Of a stretch of DNA of 64,000 nucleotides, positions 46,887 to 61,498 are shown piece by piece (the first letter of the stretch is position 1; every line of letters begins with the position of its first letter). The notes beneath the pieces are model-generated. The model was not told where the DNA came from. It saw nothing but the letters and a program-made list of their open reading frames with translations, and searched no databases. Both the position numbers and the translations under genes were made by a program. Location: NCBI GenBank assembly GCA_964234715.1, contig OZ174276.1; one strand, given 5' to 3'. This DNA is from Podarcis melisellensis. Taxonomy: Eukaryota.

Positions 46887-49800
46887 CTACAAAGAGACAT
46901 AAAAAGAGCCATAGTTTAGCCATAGTTACATGATATTAGTTTTATCAACTATTGTTAGTTTTAATAACGTACACCAATTTAAAATATTTGGGAGACGTTT
47001 GGGAGATTTTTTTTTTTAAGGAAAACAAAGCCATTGTATAAAACAGAAGAATTCATTATTCCATGATTTATGATAAACACCAGAATGGTGGTATTTGACT
47101 TCAAATCTGCAAAGCACAAATAGTATGTTGATTTCTATATAATCAAGCACGTGATAAAAGAATTTGTGCTTTCCAAGTTTAATTCTCTTTAGCTCTAGTA
47201 CACAGATCTAGATTTGGCCTTCTAGATATGGCTTGATTTTTATTTTTAGAAAAGATAAATTGATGATTCATATAATATTTTTTGAAAACTCAGAGGAAGG
47301 CTGTGACATTTATAATTCTGGAATCAAACTTTTGTGCCCTACTCTTATATGGAACTGAAATAGGGGACTTTAAAGTAGCACCAAGGAGATTGCTGCATCA
47401 GTACAACCATTTCTGCTTGTTTGATGGAATTATCTCCTTTTTTCTTGCCCCACATGACGATCTGTGGGTTCTCCCCAGAGCCTATTAGGTGGGCAAGAAG
47501 GGAGGAGAAGGGGGCAAAGCCCTATTGCACTTGCAGGACTTGACAAACTGGCTACCACTAGGCACAACTATTTGATTTTACCCACCCTTTTGACAGTACA
47601 ACTAATGCAATTTTCTTTTCAGAATAAGATCTGGCAGGTCTATTTTACGAGCACCTAACCTAAGGGAAATCCCCTCAATTCTTGTTGAGAGCTGAAACTG
47701 GGATATTACCTAGCAGAAATGAAAGTTCATACACAGTAGAAGTTAGACTTCCAAGACTTAATCTAAGCAAGCAGATGCAATCTTTTTCTGACTCAAATGT
47801 TTGATTTCACAAAGTTGCTCATATGGTTCAGCTATATGTGTCTTCTACGTACTGTTTTCAGGAAATGTAGCCACTGAACACAAACTGGAATCCAAACGCA
47901 AATACATTATTCTTGGGCAGAGATTTTGTTTATTGGCAGGATTAAAAGCACCCTGATATGCAATAATTAATTCCACCTATTAATAGCCCTATCAGATTTC
48001 ATGCCAAGGAGTGTTCCAAGCCTTCTGCGTTTTCAGTGAGTTTCCTCCACAATTTCAGACAAATAAAGGATATACATGCCTATGATTCTATGCGTTGTTT
48101 AAGTTATAGCATCATACTTGTAGAGGTACAATGTTCCCTACAATTCCACTGTAGCCTTTTTCAGGAGGTATGGAAATGGGGGAGCTACCATGTGGTGGGG
48201 CTGCAGCAGGGTTATAAGCATGCTAGATCCAGTCCTGGGTCTGTGGCTTTCCAATAATAAGGCCTTTGTGAATACATCTTGTAAAATCCAGATTGCAAAA
48301 TGTGTAAGGAATCCCCGTGCATACAAAAAGTTGTCCACTGCAAAAAGTCACATTCTAAATCATGGAAGGCAACTAAAATGCGGCCAGAGGGTAGCTCTGA
48401 TATGTTGTCAGATATCTGATATCCCTCACCTGATACGTTTTCTATTTCCATAATTCCTGTGGAGAGATTGGGTTATATCTCATAAAATGCAGTGAATAAG
48501 ATACTGAAAAAATTAAGAAAATTATTCAGACCAACAGAAAGAATAATCTTTCCTGGTCAGTGAAAACAATGACAGGAGTCGAAACTATGGAAACTTTTGC
48601 CTTGGCAGCTGTGAAACAATGGCAAACCTCTTGTGGCTTGAATGAAGCTGAGATGGAAGCTTTTATTTTATTTAAAAATAAAAAAAACCACACCAAAAAT
48701 AGCTTCCTTCTTTACGAGCAAATTGCTGTGTACATTTTAACATTGTTGTTTATGCTTCGGTTCCATGATCACTTAGATTTACTTATTGTTTAAGTGGTTC
48801 CTTTGGTCTGACATTTTCTTTTTGCAGCTTACAGATAAAACAGCTTATGGCTAAAACTAAAACTGGCTAAAATCTAGTCAAGCAAGAAACACCAAAATAA
48901 TTGCATTTTGAAGCAATGTATTTAAATAGGATAAATGGACCTAAACAAGAATTATGGGCCAAATCTACTTATGCCAACAGACAAATACTAAAAAGGTTGC
49001 AATAGTTGTTTGCTCACAGAGATTTATACAAGTTGCAATACTCTCTTCTACAACTGGCTTAATATTCCACCATAGAATGTGTGAGCGCCACTAATGTGCA
49101 AAGTTTCATCTCTACATCCAAAGTAAAGATTACTTTGTCATCCCTCACAGCAGTACCAATCTTCCGAGCAGCTATAATTTAAAGGACCCATGACTGTGCC
49201 ATCAGGCTTTTCAAGCTGAGAGAGAAAGGCAACTGTAGACAGGTTCTGGACATTTAATACCTATGACTACCTTCTGTTTTGCCATAAGCACGAGTGAGCA
49301 AACACGTGACATTTAACCATTTATGCAGGCAGTGACAACATGGCAAGAAGAACAGAGATAAGTAGCGAAACAGGTAAGTGACCTTCTAAGGGCTGCTTAT
49401 GGAGTTTAGGTTGTCAATCACTGACTGCTGCTTGTATTTGTGGCATGAAGCAAATATATTAATGTATTGTAAGTTTCAGCAGTGAGGGTTTTTAAATAGA
49501 ACGTGTTTTAGCAAGTTCAAGATGCTATTTCCACCAACAACTTGGGAAGCCACAATTAGATATAACTGCTTGGGAAAGGGGGAGAGAAAAGGAAAAGAGA
49601 TTCTCCCTAGATCAGAACGAATTTTCCCCTCATCAGTTGCTAAGCAACAGATAATGCAAAAATTAAATCAAGCTCTTTCAGAATTGAGTGCTCCAAGTAA
49701 CCATTAGAACTTCTAGCTGCCAGAAAAGTGAAAAATAGAACAGCTGTTCCAAGTGCCTCTTTGCAATTATGCAGAAATAAAACTTTAGGCTGTTCATTAT

Positions 49801-52800
49801 GTAATGCAATAGACAATGCAATGTTATATGCAGTTGCATAATCAACTTCAAAATATGGCTTAATATCCTGGTTTGTCCTAGAGCAGTTAACCATAGTCCC
49901 CCAGTTCGGACAAAACAGGAAACGATGGTTAATTAAGAAATTTAATCACAGCTTGCATGGCGGGGCTCTGTGCATGAGTAAAAGGCCTGTGCATTGTTTC
50001 AGCTTAATAAGCAGTATAGGATCATCTGAAGCCTCTTACTAAGGGGAAAAACTTACTTCAAGGGATCTTAGTATCCCACATCAAGTTATTGAAAAAGACA
50101 AGAAATGAGCCAATCTAACCTATTATCCTATTCTGCAGGTAGTCAGTCCCAATAATCTTCAGCAGAAAAAATACATTGATGGCTCAAGGCTCAAATCATT
50201 TGTACCTGGAACAACAAGTCACCTGGATCTTATCGCTGAAAGTTATTTACTATCCTACCCACACAATTACAATCCTAAATTCATTTCAGAAAGAGTCCTG
50301 GCAAAATGAGAACAGGAAATCTTGGGAGCGCAGCTAAATAGTTAGATTTGAACCCTAGCAGGTAACCTGCAGGGTTTTAGATACAGAAGATCTCCAAACA
50401 TAATCCTGCCATTGGACAGTGAAAATATTTCAGTCCTAGGGGCCAGAGGAGGAAGAAAGAAGCATGCATCCAGGCAACAGCCTAATGAGAAGAGGATTTG
50501 GGGGTGGGGTGCAGTATGGAACAGGAAATAGAAGGATGTACATTGTATTTTAGGTAAACCACCTTGAGATGCTTCTAGATCAAAAGAAAGAGCAGAAAAG
50601 AAGAACAGAATATTCCATTTTATTGACCATGACCACCACAACAACAACCCCTTCCCAATTCCATAAATCAAAACAAAAACAAAGCAAGAATATTTGACTT
50701 TAAAAAGAAGGAAATGGAAGAGGGGTTAAGCTTTCAAGTTGAGTTTTTCCCCAGACACTAATGTTTCAAATTTACATCCAAATGATTTGCAGAGATTGAC
50801 AGCTGTGACTAACACAGAAGGTACACTTCAGGCTGGTATTTTTGTATTGCAAATTGTAATCAACGTGCCAGCCACAAAGAATCTTCATTTCTACCCGAGA
50901 GAGAAATGTATTCATTTGCCATTAGCAATCAGCAAATGGTATGTAATAATGCAGCAACTTGGAGAATCAGGGGACAAAAATATTTCCCAACCAACTGGAA
51001 CATATTTAAGTTTGCACAGATTTTAGACCAAGCTAAGGAACCTGTGGTCCTCCAGAAGTTGACTGACTCGAATTCCCATCCATTTCAGCCAGAATACCAA
51101 AGGTCGAAATTATGGGAGCTGTAGTCTTGCAACATCTGGATATCCACATATTCCTCATTTCTGGAGTAGAACTTCTGGATAATGCCATGGGTTGGGCCCA
51201 GAACATGCAAGTGTGACCAAGACAGCTATTGCCTCCACCTGCCTACTCATCCTCTCTCCAGGTTGCACAGTAGAGAGAATATCATGCTTTCTTGCCCTTT
51301 CCCCACCACTTTGAGAAGCAGCAAGGGAGGGAGACACCATCCATTCCTATTGCTCACACGTTCCAAGGGAGGGAGACTCTACTGGGCACAGTTTTTAAAA
51401 GCCACAATTCCATAATGAAACAGGTAATGCAGTGTGTAACGGACATTAGAAGCAAGGACAGAAGTGCTAGCATTCTAAGCAGGAAAACTAACACAACAAT
51501 CTCTCTGTCTGAGTGCTCCCAGGGAAAAAAGGGGTGAGTTCTGTGATGGTGTTGCAACTTTGAATTGTTTCCCCCCAGTTTGCTAACCTGACACCTGGTT
51601 TCCCATGTTTTAAGCACCAGACTATATTTAACTGATTTAACTGATATTTGACAGTAAAACGACAGCACCACCTGGATGTACTTTTCAGTTATTGTTTTTA
51701 GTGTGTGTCTGTGTGTGTGTGTTTGTGTATAGCAGCTTAACTTGTGCTTCATTCACCTCAGGCTCGACATTAAAAAAGTTACAGCATTGAAAGAGACACG
51801 TTGATAGCTCATAGCTTATCAGTGGATGCCATACAAAGAATAAATATAACACAGAGAAAACAAAACCATGCATTTAAATTACCAGAAGGATGTGAAGAAA
51901 CGGTTGCAATGTGAGAGGATATTTATAACAAAACCCTGTTGTTACATTTTAACACTGGTAAAGAGTGAACTGTATGAAGAGATAAACTGTCAGTTGATTT
52001 CTGACTAAAGCCAGGAAGAGCTGCAATGCATAGGGGTTCAGTTGGCAGTTTTCCAAGAAACGGCTAGGCTGTTGGTTTGTGGAGTTTTTTAAAAGGTCTT
52101 TACATACTTGGAAGGTTTTCTGTGATGGCAATTAACACCAGAACTTGGCTTTTATACAAGAAAGGAGAGTTGGGAAAGGGTCAGATTATGACAGTGGAGA
52201 TTCTATTTAAAAAAATAAAATAAAGCATCAGTTCTTAGTTGCCACAGATTCACAATTCCAAGGAGTACCTAATGACTGGCCAGAGGGATCTGACTGGAAA
52301 TACTATAAGGGCAAGCAGAGCACTGTTTGAGAGGGAAAGGGGCTAGTCAATGAAGCGCCGAGGCAGAAGCTGAGAAGCCAGAAAGGACAGGAAGTCTCCA
52401 GAGACAGTTTTCTAGGATAGCCTCAGACCAGAGCTGCAGTCACCAACAGCTGGCCACAGGAAGACTTCAGAGGAGGCAACTGCAATATTTTCCTGGGATC
52501 TTCAAGTTACCTGACCAGAAGGAAGACTTCAGGGGAAAGCTGAAGGGAGCCTTTCAGAGGAACAGAGGCAGCCTCAAGGAGATTGAATCTAGTGTGAGTG
52601 ATGAGCCAATCTTGGACTCCCGGCAGTGTGTCCACTCAGCCCCAACTTTTGCCACGGCCATGCCCACTTGCAGCCCTATCCAGGTAAATTGTTGTACTTT
52701 AGTAGCAGTAATGGCAGTAAGCAACACTGTCAGGGAAGTCTAATATTGTACAAAAGGTACAATATTAGAAACGTTTTATTAAATACGATGGAACAAGCCA

Positions 52801-53303
52801 CTTCCAGAAACTTCCTTTCAAACACACTTAAGAGTGGGCTGGGCAAGCATCTCTCAGAGGCCAACACTGCTCCAAATACAATTATATTCCGTTTATTTAT
52901 TTCCCACAATAATATAAAATTAACGCTATAAATATAAAAAAAGTATGTGAGCAAAAAGGAGGAAATAAATACATAAATAAATGATCAAATGGGCTGAAAG
53001 ACGTTAAATTAATGTTTGAAATGCTAAATTTGTTTACAATATAAAATAAGGATTAACATTTACTTGTGCTTTATTGCACCAATGCATGATAAAATAAAAC
53101 CCTCAATTTTTTAATGAATAAATTATCTGGTTCTTTACCCTCACTCACACTTATAACGTTAGTCAACTTATGGGTGCTGGCTAATTAAAAAATATATTTA
53201 TAATCCATTATTTCAATGTAAAATGCTTCATTAATTTTAACAGGATTGCATGTGCATATCTCTGCAATGAATTGTGGTTACTGTCTCCAGCTGGATTAGA
53301 CTA

Positions 53304-53678
53304 CTGTATTTTTCCATGTATAAGACGTCCCCTGTTTTTTTTGAACTCTAAATTAAGAAATCAATATCTTAAACACCTGAGATCGCCCAAACATGTTGAC
53401 TTTTTTTTAGGAAATTCACCCAAATGTGCTGCCGCTGAGGGAGGGAGGCAAGGCAGGGCAGATGGGTGAGCGATAACTAGCAACAGGGAGCGGGAGAAGG
53501 ATTCAGAGCCAAGCAGGGCATGAAGATAGCTGACACCAATCAGAAGTACAACGGGCAGGTGAAGTGCTGGACCGTATTTTTCTGTGTATAAGATGGCCCC
53601 CGTGTATAAGACGGCCACCTATTTTGGACTAAAAAAAATAAGCAAAAAACCCCACCTCTTATACACGGAAAAATACGG
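53304..53678. mobile_element. Tc2/pogo-like MITE family C (composite, two left ends)
   Basis: TA|CTGTATTTTTCCATGTATAAGA ... TCTTATACACGGAAAAATACGG|TA; second left end at about 53572. Confidence 0.8.
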
Positions 53679-55537
53679 TACCTGCAAAGTGACTTTTTTT
53701 TTAAGGCATGTGAAGAAAGGACATTTAGAAGCAAAATTCCATTTTCATATCAGTCACACATGCTTTTCACAATATATATTTAAGTATTCAGGTCATATAT
53801 TAAGCGCCTATGAAAATACCAATCCACCTGTTCTCATTCCACGATAGAATCAACCTGAATTTCTATTATTCTAAACTACTAAATTCACAGCTCCTTTCAA
53901 AAAAATAAAATAAAACTTGCAAGTCTGAAGTCACCAGTCAAGATATTTAAGTTTTATATTCTTCAAAATTATTGGAAATGGAATCATTAAAAGGAGAACT
54001 GTGACTGGCAGGCAGGAGATTGCAGTGTAGATATATGCTAACATCCTGCCCCATCCTTATGACAGAAACAAAATCTCTGCCTGTCTCTGTGTATATCAAT
54101 ATTAGACAGAGATACCATGAAAATCCCCATGGAAGAAACAATATTTTCTGGCAACAGAATCTCAAGCATATCTGGTCTAGCAACAAACAGCACTCTATAT
54201 TTCTACTAAGGGATTCATATTCACAGACTTCCCTGGTCCGACTGCCACAATTTCCAATTGATTGCATGCATGCTTTAATAAATGGGTAGCTCTTTAAAAA
54301 AAAAAAAAGCTTCAGATAATGCAAATCTGAAGAAAGCAGGAAAATTGTCATTTGGTTTGCCTGTAAGTAGTTGATTTTTTAGAAAACAGTGGGAGGACAA
54401 GCCAGGCCAAGACAGGGACAACAGTTTAGTCTCTTTCCCTCATGAACCCAAACTCATAACCCTAACCCCTCAAATACTAGCTTATTTGCTTTTTTAAAAA
54501 TGCTATTCAATGACAAAACTATGTGACAAATGCCACGTCTAGTTTTGTCCTAAGTTTTCATTCCCAGATTGGCATGGGACAGGGAAAATAACTGATAAAT
54601 GGAGAAGGTAGCCACAACGTTGCCTGCTCCTTATTTGCTTTCAGTAGTTGTGTGAAACTTTGCATTAAAAATGCAGACAGCCACAAAAGGCTCAACAAGA
54701 ACTGTAATTCTTGCAAGGTATTTTATATTCAGGTACAGTTAACCAAGTACAAAATATGCATAACGTTGTCAATGGCAAAGGGTATGCAAATTTCAAATGT
54801 GACTTTCCCCCTTTTTGGAGGAGGGAAGATTTAGGCTGTGTAGAAACTTCTGAGCAGAAACAGGACAGCCACATTTGAAAGAAATGCACCATATTCAGCA
54901 ATCTATTGACTAGCATATATCAACTGGTGACAGAACGGTGGGAATACCCAAACTCTACCTTCACAGCTAGAGAAAGGACAGTAGCTCTGAATCCCCGTTA
55001 CCAGAATTAGAGCTGCCCCAAATATTCTCCATTTTGTTTTCAGAAAGAAGCTAGCAAACTAGGTGGAGCGCTATTGTCCCGTCCCCTGCCAAAGAAAAAT
55101 GCAGTTTATGCGAATATCTACCCTACCCCACCCTATCCAATCCTGTTTGGCACCATTATTCTCTCTGATGGCTGCTGCTTCCTCTTTCTGCAGCTCACCC
55201 AAAGAAGGATGATGCAACAAACCCAATGCACTGCACTGCACTGCACACACAATCAGATTTGGCTATGTGACAATGTTAGGGGGGCCCTTGAGGATGTTTG
55301 AGATAAAGGAGGCAAGTGAGGGCAATGTAAATGAATAAGTGAATATTTTCAGAAGTTTGGGGGGGCCATTTTGGGAACTCCTAGAAACAGTATGCTGAAA
55401 AAACCAGCCTAGCTGATGCACTCTACTTGTAGAATATCAGAGTCTTATTTTTTTTAAATGCAATCTAGTAGTTGGCCCAAGAGATAACTGAGTGAAATGG
55501 AGATAAGTTGGAGATGGGTAGAGCAAACTGGGATTTC

Positions 55538-55584
<47 letters not shown>
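55538..55584. repeat. (AAT)n microsatellite
   Basis: Directly visible. Confidence 0.97.
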
Positions 55585-55585
<1 letters not shown>

Positions 55586-55638
55586 CAGTATTTCTTTGCT
55601 CCGTATTTTCATATTTAGCAGCAAAGTAAATAATACCT

Positions 55639-56002
55639 GGGACGCGGGTGGCACTGTGGTCTAAACCACTGAGCCTCTTGGGTTTGCCGATTGGAAGGTC
55701 GGCGGTTCAAATCCCCACGACAGGGTGAGCTCCTGTCGCTCGGTCCCTGCTCCTGCCAACCTAGCAGTTCAAAAGCACGTCAAAGTGCAAGTAGATAAAT
55801 AGGTACCACTCCGGCAAGAAGGTAAACGGCATTTTCGTGCGCTGCTCTGGTTTTGCCGGAAGTGGCTTAGTCATGCTGGCCACATGACCCGGAAAAACTG
55901 TCTGCAGACAAACGTCAGCTCCCTCGGCCAGTAAAGCGAGATGAGCGGCGCAACCCCAGAGTCGTCTGCGACTGGACTTAACTGTCAGGTGTCCTTTACT
56001 TT
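55639..56002 (+). mobile_element. Sauria SINE, full length
   Basis: GGGACGCGGGTGGCACTGTGG head; TSD TAAATAATACCT / TAAATAGTACCT. Confidence 0.93.
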
Positions 56003-56270
56003 AAATAGTACCTAGCTTCATGTGATGTTCTCTAACACTCACCAGACAGATAGTTAGAAAGGGCTTGGGGAGTCTCAGAAAGCAAAGCAAGTTATAGAGG
56101 AGATAACTACGTTTTAAAAGGACAGTGTTTGTCAAACGTCTATCGGCAGTCTTGATTGTGTGAGGTGACATGCACAATCCCCAACATTTAAGAGCTACAG
56201 TAGTTTGTATGATCAGCACCTTCACAAATTTCTTGCCTAAAAATGCAAGTGTGTGTGTGTGAGTGTGTGA

Positions 56271-56310
<40 letters not shown>

Positions 56311-58724
56311 ATGAAAGAAAGATCAGTCAAAACCTGCTGTTTCCCCACATCTACAAGAGAGGAACAAAGCCCACTGGTCATTTGATAAAGCTGATAAAGT
56401 ACACTGCCTAATATTAAGACTTAAACAGGGGAGGAAAGCCACATCCCTGAAAATACTACTTAATTAGTCAGCTTTAAACTATAATTTTCAAAGCATACTT
56501 GCTAATTTTTTGGTAGTACTACTTCCCTATTTTGTTAATGCAACTTCCCTATTTTGTTCAATAGTGCCCTTTTGCATTTCTCTGAAACCCGTAGAATAAC
56601 ATGGCTCAAAGCTGCTTTTTGAATGTTGCACAGTTCTTGTTTAATTTTAGATGCTTTTAGGGAAAGACCCAACTGCTCAAGCTCAGAGGAATTCACCCTT
56701 CTCTTCCCTTCTTCCCGCCCTGCTGAGCTCTTCAAATCCTTAGTGGAGGCCCAAGACAGTCTACATTAAACAACTACAATCTTTTGGCAGAGGATCAAAA
56801 ATTATTGTAACATAGCATGGAATTTCTCCATCAAGACATTTTTAGAGACATGGCTTTGAAACAGTCTCCCTCTTCTTCCGAAAAGAAACAGAGAAAGTTT
56901 CTCACTTGGCAACCTTCTTGTAATCTGAGATAAAAAGTCAACAAACAAAACCTGAATTGCTCCAAATATTGAAAGATAAGTACCTGTTAAAAGGTACGAC
57001 CCCAAAAGTTTTAAGTGCAATAAAGCCATGTGTGGCAAAATGAACATAGGCTTCAGCCTGATCCAGCATAGTGTTCTCCAACTAATATGTTCTCAGAATG
57101 GCCAACCAAGAGGCCTCTGGGAAGTCTGCTAGAAGCGCCTAACTGCAACATGGGAGTGGTCTATTTGCTCCCACACAGCCTCAACCTATCTTGGAATACA
57201 AAGCTCACCTGTGACCACTGAAGCTTCCAAAATCTCGATAGCTCTAACTTCCCCTATGAATGTAAACAGAGAGAGACTTTGGGCAAGTTGGTAAGCAGCT
57301 CCGACTCAGGGCTCCATGATTGTCTCCAACACACTACCTGCTCCATATTGGCACTAGGGTCCTGGGGAAAGATGCCTGCAATGGGCCCCATCTCCAAGTG
57401 GGCTGCCTCCATGTCATTGCCCAAAAGGAGAGGGGCAAGGGAAGTGGAGGGTATTGCTCTCTTTGGCCCATCACTACTTGCATGCTTGTGAAGGGCAGGG
57501 GGAGGAAGGAGCAACAATGATGGGAACCATGGAATTAGTAGCCAGCCCATAAATTCAGGAGTGTTGGCTTTCTGAGGTCCTCAAGACCCACCCTGCTCAC
57601 CAATTCTCTTCTTCTGCCTTGGTCTGATCCAAGTCTTTGGCTCTTACCTGGACTGTTTGCCTATATGGGTCCTTAGTGTTCTCCTGACCCAGCTATGCCT
57701 TATACATGCCCACGGCATTCCCTTTCCAAAATTACAGAAGAGGCACAATATCGTCAACTCAGCTATTCCAGCACTTTTTATAACACCGAAAGCCATTCTC
57801 AGAGGAATTGGCAGACATGGGTGCCCTGCATGAAGACATTGAACTAAGTGGACTTTTAATTCCCTCAAACGCTTAAAGATTCAATGACACAGATATACAC
57901 AAACAACCTCCCACCAAGCCTATTTCCTATCCACAATAATCCAAGTTGATTAACACTGACGATTTCCCTACTACTGAAAACAATCTCCTTAACTTTGGAG
58001 GAAGGGAAACGAAAGTGGAAAAATAGTCCCTAAACTAGCAGAACAGTTCCTTCCAGAAGCAACAAGGAGCAGAGCGTTACCAAATAAGGCAAGTGAAAGC
58101 TAAACGCCAGAAAGAAGCAGGCCTCATTGTGGGTATTTTTATTTTTTTATTTTTTTGGTGGTGTGTGCTAAAGATCAGACAGCTGGATAATAGAAAATGC
58201 AACTATACCAGCATTATTAGAGTGGTTCTCAGATGGGAAGAACAAATGTTCAGAAACCATGAACGGAAGCAAGGTCTGCCAGAAAAAGGGACCTAAAGGC
58301 ATTTAAACAAGGCTTCAGAATGCTACCACATATTTTTAGACACAGAAGAACATATTAAAGTCTAGAGTTAAACAGCCTATCCTGTCTTTTTCAGCAGGGT
58401 AGTTAAAGCTTAATATCTGCTTGTGCTGTTGTTGCTCATGAGATACAAGCAATCACTAGATACTGTAAACAACTGCAAGTTTAAAATGCAGAGTGCACCC
58501 CAGTATAATATACAGTACTCTACATTAGACACTTGTGTTTTTGTGGGGGTTTCCCCCCTTTTTTTCTTTAAGTGCTTTAACACCTCTCTTCTAGGCGACT
58601 CTCCTTTCCACTGTAAGACTTAAGCAAAAACCATGCAAAATGCTCTAGACATAAGGGTATTCACACCTTGGAATGTAAATGCTGCAAGATAAATTCTGAG
58701 GGAAATTTTTGAAATGTTGAGGAG

Positions 58725-58815
58725 CATAGACAGCTTAACTATGTGCTGTGTGAAGAAATACTCTCTTTTGTCTGCTCTACATCTTCCAACATTCAGCTTC
58801 ATTGGCAGTCCCTGT
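58725..58815 (-). mobile_element. CR1 LINE short fragment
   Basis: KLNVGRCRADKREYFFTQHIVKL, a CR1 ORF2 C-terminal motif. Confidence 0.7.
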
Positions 58816-60828
58816 GTTAACAGTAGTGCCCTGAGAAAGAACTATCTAAGATTGTCAATTAAGTTCAAGGCCACGGCAAATTTTTAACTAGGACTGCACA
58901 CTTTGCCAGCTTTAAAACCTTTACTTCTTCAGAAACCACGTTTCTTTCAAAAGCTAAATTGATTTCTGCTTCGAACCTACATCAGGAGAATAATATGAAG
59001 CTATTCTCATTGCCTATTCACGGTTACAAAGCCCTAAATAGCACGGTCTTTGAAAATCCTACTTGCTGAACCACTTCAATATGAGGAGCATTCAAATTAA
59101 GAGAGCCTTACAAAGCAGGATTTTAAAAAGGCGTCCTGTTTAATGGATGTGCGTTTACAGTAATGATAATGTGCTTCAATGTCTCACATCTTTTGAATGC
59201 CTTAAAAACAAAAGTGATTTCTGCATATCACTTTCAGGATATTAAGCTATATTTCAGTAAATAGGATAAGCCATAAGAATATAAATGCATGGGTGGTAGC
59301 AAAAAGAGAGGAAGAGGCTAAGCTGGGGCAAAGAAATGAGAATGTGGTTGAAGTATGATTCAACATTAAGTTGTCCTCCAGCACAATCATTTAGTATATT
59401 GCTCTGGGAAGCTGCCTAAGACATTTGTCAACCAAGAGAAACAGAACCAGCAGTCAACTTGCATTTCCTGTTTGAGCAGCCAGTCTGTGGCTCAAGCTTC
59501 TCTCCACACATCTGGTGTTCCCACGGTTCCCCATATAGACACTCGCCACTGAAACACTGCAAAAACTGGGGCCTAATTTGAAGGTTCCCGAAAGAAAGCT
59601 TCTCCAGTGTGAGCATCGTAGAAGTGCCTCTCACTTATGACAGGATTGATGCATGCTACAGTATTTTTAAACATAGGCTACATCACATGCTATACCAAGG
59701 TGGGCAGAAGATATTGCAGAAGCACTTGGGAATGCTGAGCATATTAACAGGTCTCTGAATAAAAGAGAGAGTCCTTTCCATCAACTATTGGTTCAATTTT
59801 CTACAAATATTCACACAACACTTTGCTTTATTTATATCCTGAAAATATGATGGGTAGAGTGTAGAATTCACACTACATGACCATGCATGCTTCTAATTTA
59901 AAATATGACCATTTTACCCACTAGACAGGAACAGTGAATGAACAGGTGCTAATTTGCAAAAGACAAAAGGATTGTGATAGCTTGAGCATTAGGAGAGAGA
60001 GAAGAAACATAAGAGTAGCTCTAACTGCCTCCTGAAGGAATCAGTTGCTCAGTGTCCAAGAGGAAACATGGTTGACGTGAGTCTCTCAGTAACAATAAAC
60101 AGAAGTCCTGTGATAGAGGGTAAAATCAAGCAGGCATTTCAAAGTCAGTAGCAAAGATGTCCAGGGCCTCCCTGATCAGCTTTAATGGAAAGAGTCTCAA
60201 TTGTTGACACTCCAAGACTGATGGTGGAAATGCCTGCTCTAAAAATTAGATAATACTCCCAGAAAGAACTAATGTGTGATTGGAGAATGTTCCTAAATCC
60301 AGGTTCTCTCTGGGATGCCCAAGTGCAGGTAGTGTCCAGGAGCATGTTTCATCAACAAGTGGATTTGTAAATTATGCCCCTTCCTTTTAAAAAAGAGAGG
60401 ATTTTTATCATCATGGTGTGTGCCCTGGGAACCTCCTGACCAGACTAATATATTGCATGTGAGGCTGGCCTTTAAAACTGTTGAGAAGCTACAAAATGTG
60501 GCAGTTAGACTGGTTTCGGGTATGAGACACAGAGAACAAGATGCACAACTTAGCATGAACTGCACTGTTTGTCAATTCCTTTGCAGGTTAATCTGAGGTG
60601 CTGCATCTTACAGTCTTCATAGACTGGGACCAGCATCCTCTTTCTTCTTGCTCTTTGAGACCCAGCATTTAAAATGTGCTGACAGTATTATTGGCAACAC
60701 AGGTTGCTGATGATGGGGTGCAGGTGCAGAGCTTATCTCGAGCATTTTTTACTAGCTAGTATCGCAGAACATTTCCACTGCTGCAGAATAGTACCAGAAT
60801 AAAAACATATAGCATGTTTTTATAGCTT

Positions 60829-60912
60829 GCCTTCTATAGCATGCTTTTATAGCATGCTTGTCTCACTATGCACAGCCTTCTATAGCATGCTTGTCTCACT
60901 ATGCACTATGCA
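60829..60912. repeat. Short imperfect tandem duplication (tatagcatgcttgtctcactatgcac units)
   Basis: Directly visible. Confidence 0.8.
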
Positions 60913-61204
60913 AAGGACATTCATGTGAAAAAATACAAGTCCAACCATTTTCAAACGCAGAGCTGCAAGGCTTTGCACATCTATAGATTTCTGAATTCAC
61001 CCCTGATACCAATGCCATGTTAGAACATCAAGGACACAAAGATAAAATCAATGCAGAATTCGCTGCCTCTGAAGACTTCGCCTGCGCCTGTCCCTATTTC
61101 AAAAGCAGTATTAGCACTACTTTTGAGTTACTGGGGCATTTTACTATTTTTAAAGTTACATTTTTGTTTCATTTTAGCTAAGTGGCTTTTATTACCATAG
61201 TTTG

Positions 61205-61498
61205 GTGGTTCGAATCCCCACGAAGGGGTGAGCTCCCGTTGTTCAGTCCCTGCTCCTGCCAACCTAGCAGTTCGAAAGCAGTTCAAAGTGCAAGTAGATA
61301 AATAGGTACCACTCCGGCGGGAAGGTAAATGGCGTTTCCATGCGCTGCTCTGGTTGTGCCAGAAGCGGCTTAGTCATGCTGGCCACATGACCCAGAAGCT
61401 GGCCAGCTCCCTCGGCCAGTAAAGCGAGATGAACTCCGCAACCCCAGAGTCGGCCACGATTGGACCTAATGGTCAGGGGTCCCTTTACCTTTACCTTA
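61205..61498 (+). mobile_element. Sauria SINE, 5'-truncated near the B box
   Basis: GGTTCGAATCCC start; conserved body; ACCTTT tail. Confidence 0.9.

Noticed and set aside
52262-52700. Purine-rich stretch with a TATA-like motif resembling a solo LTR
   Set aside because: Could not identify TG...CA ends, a TSD or a poly(A) signal.
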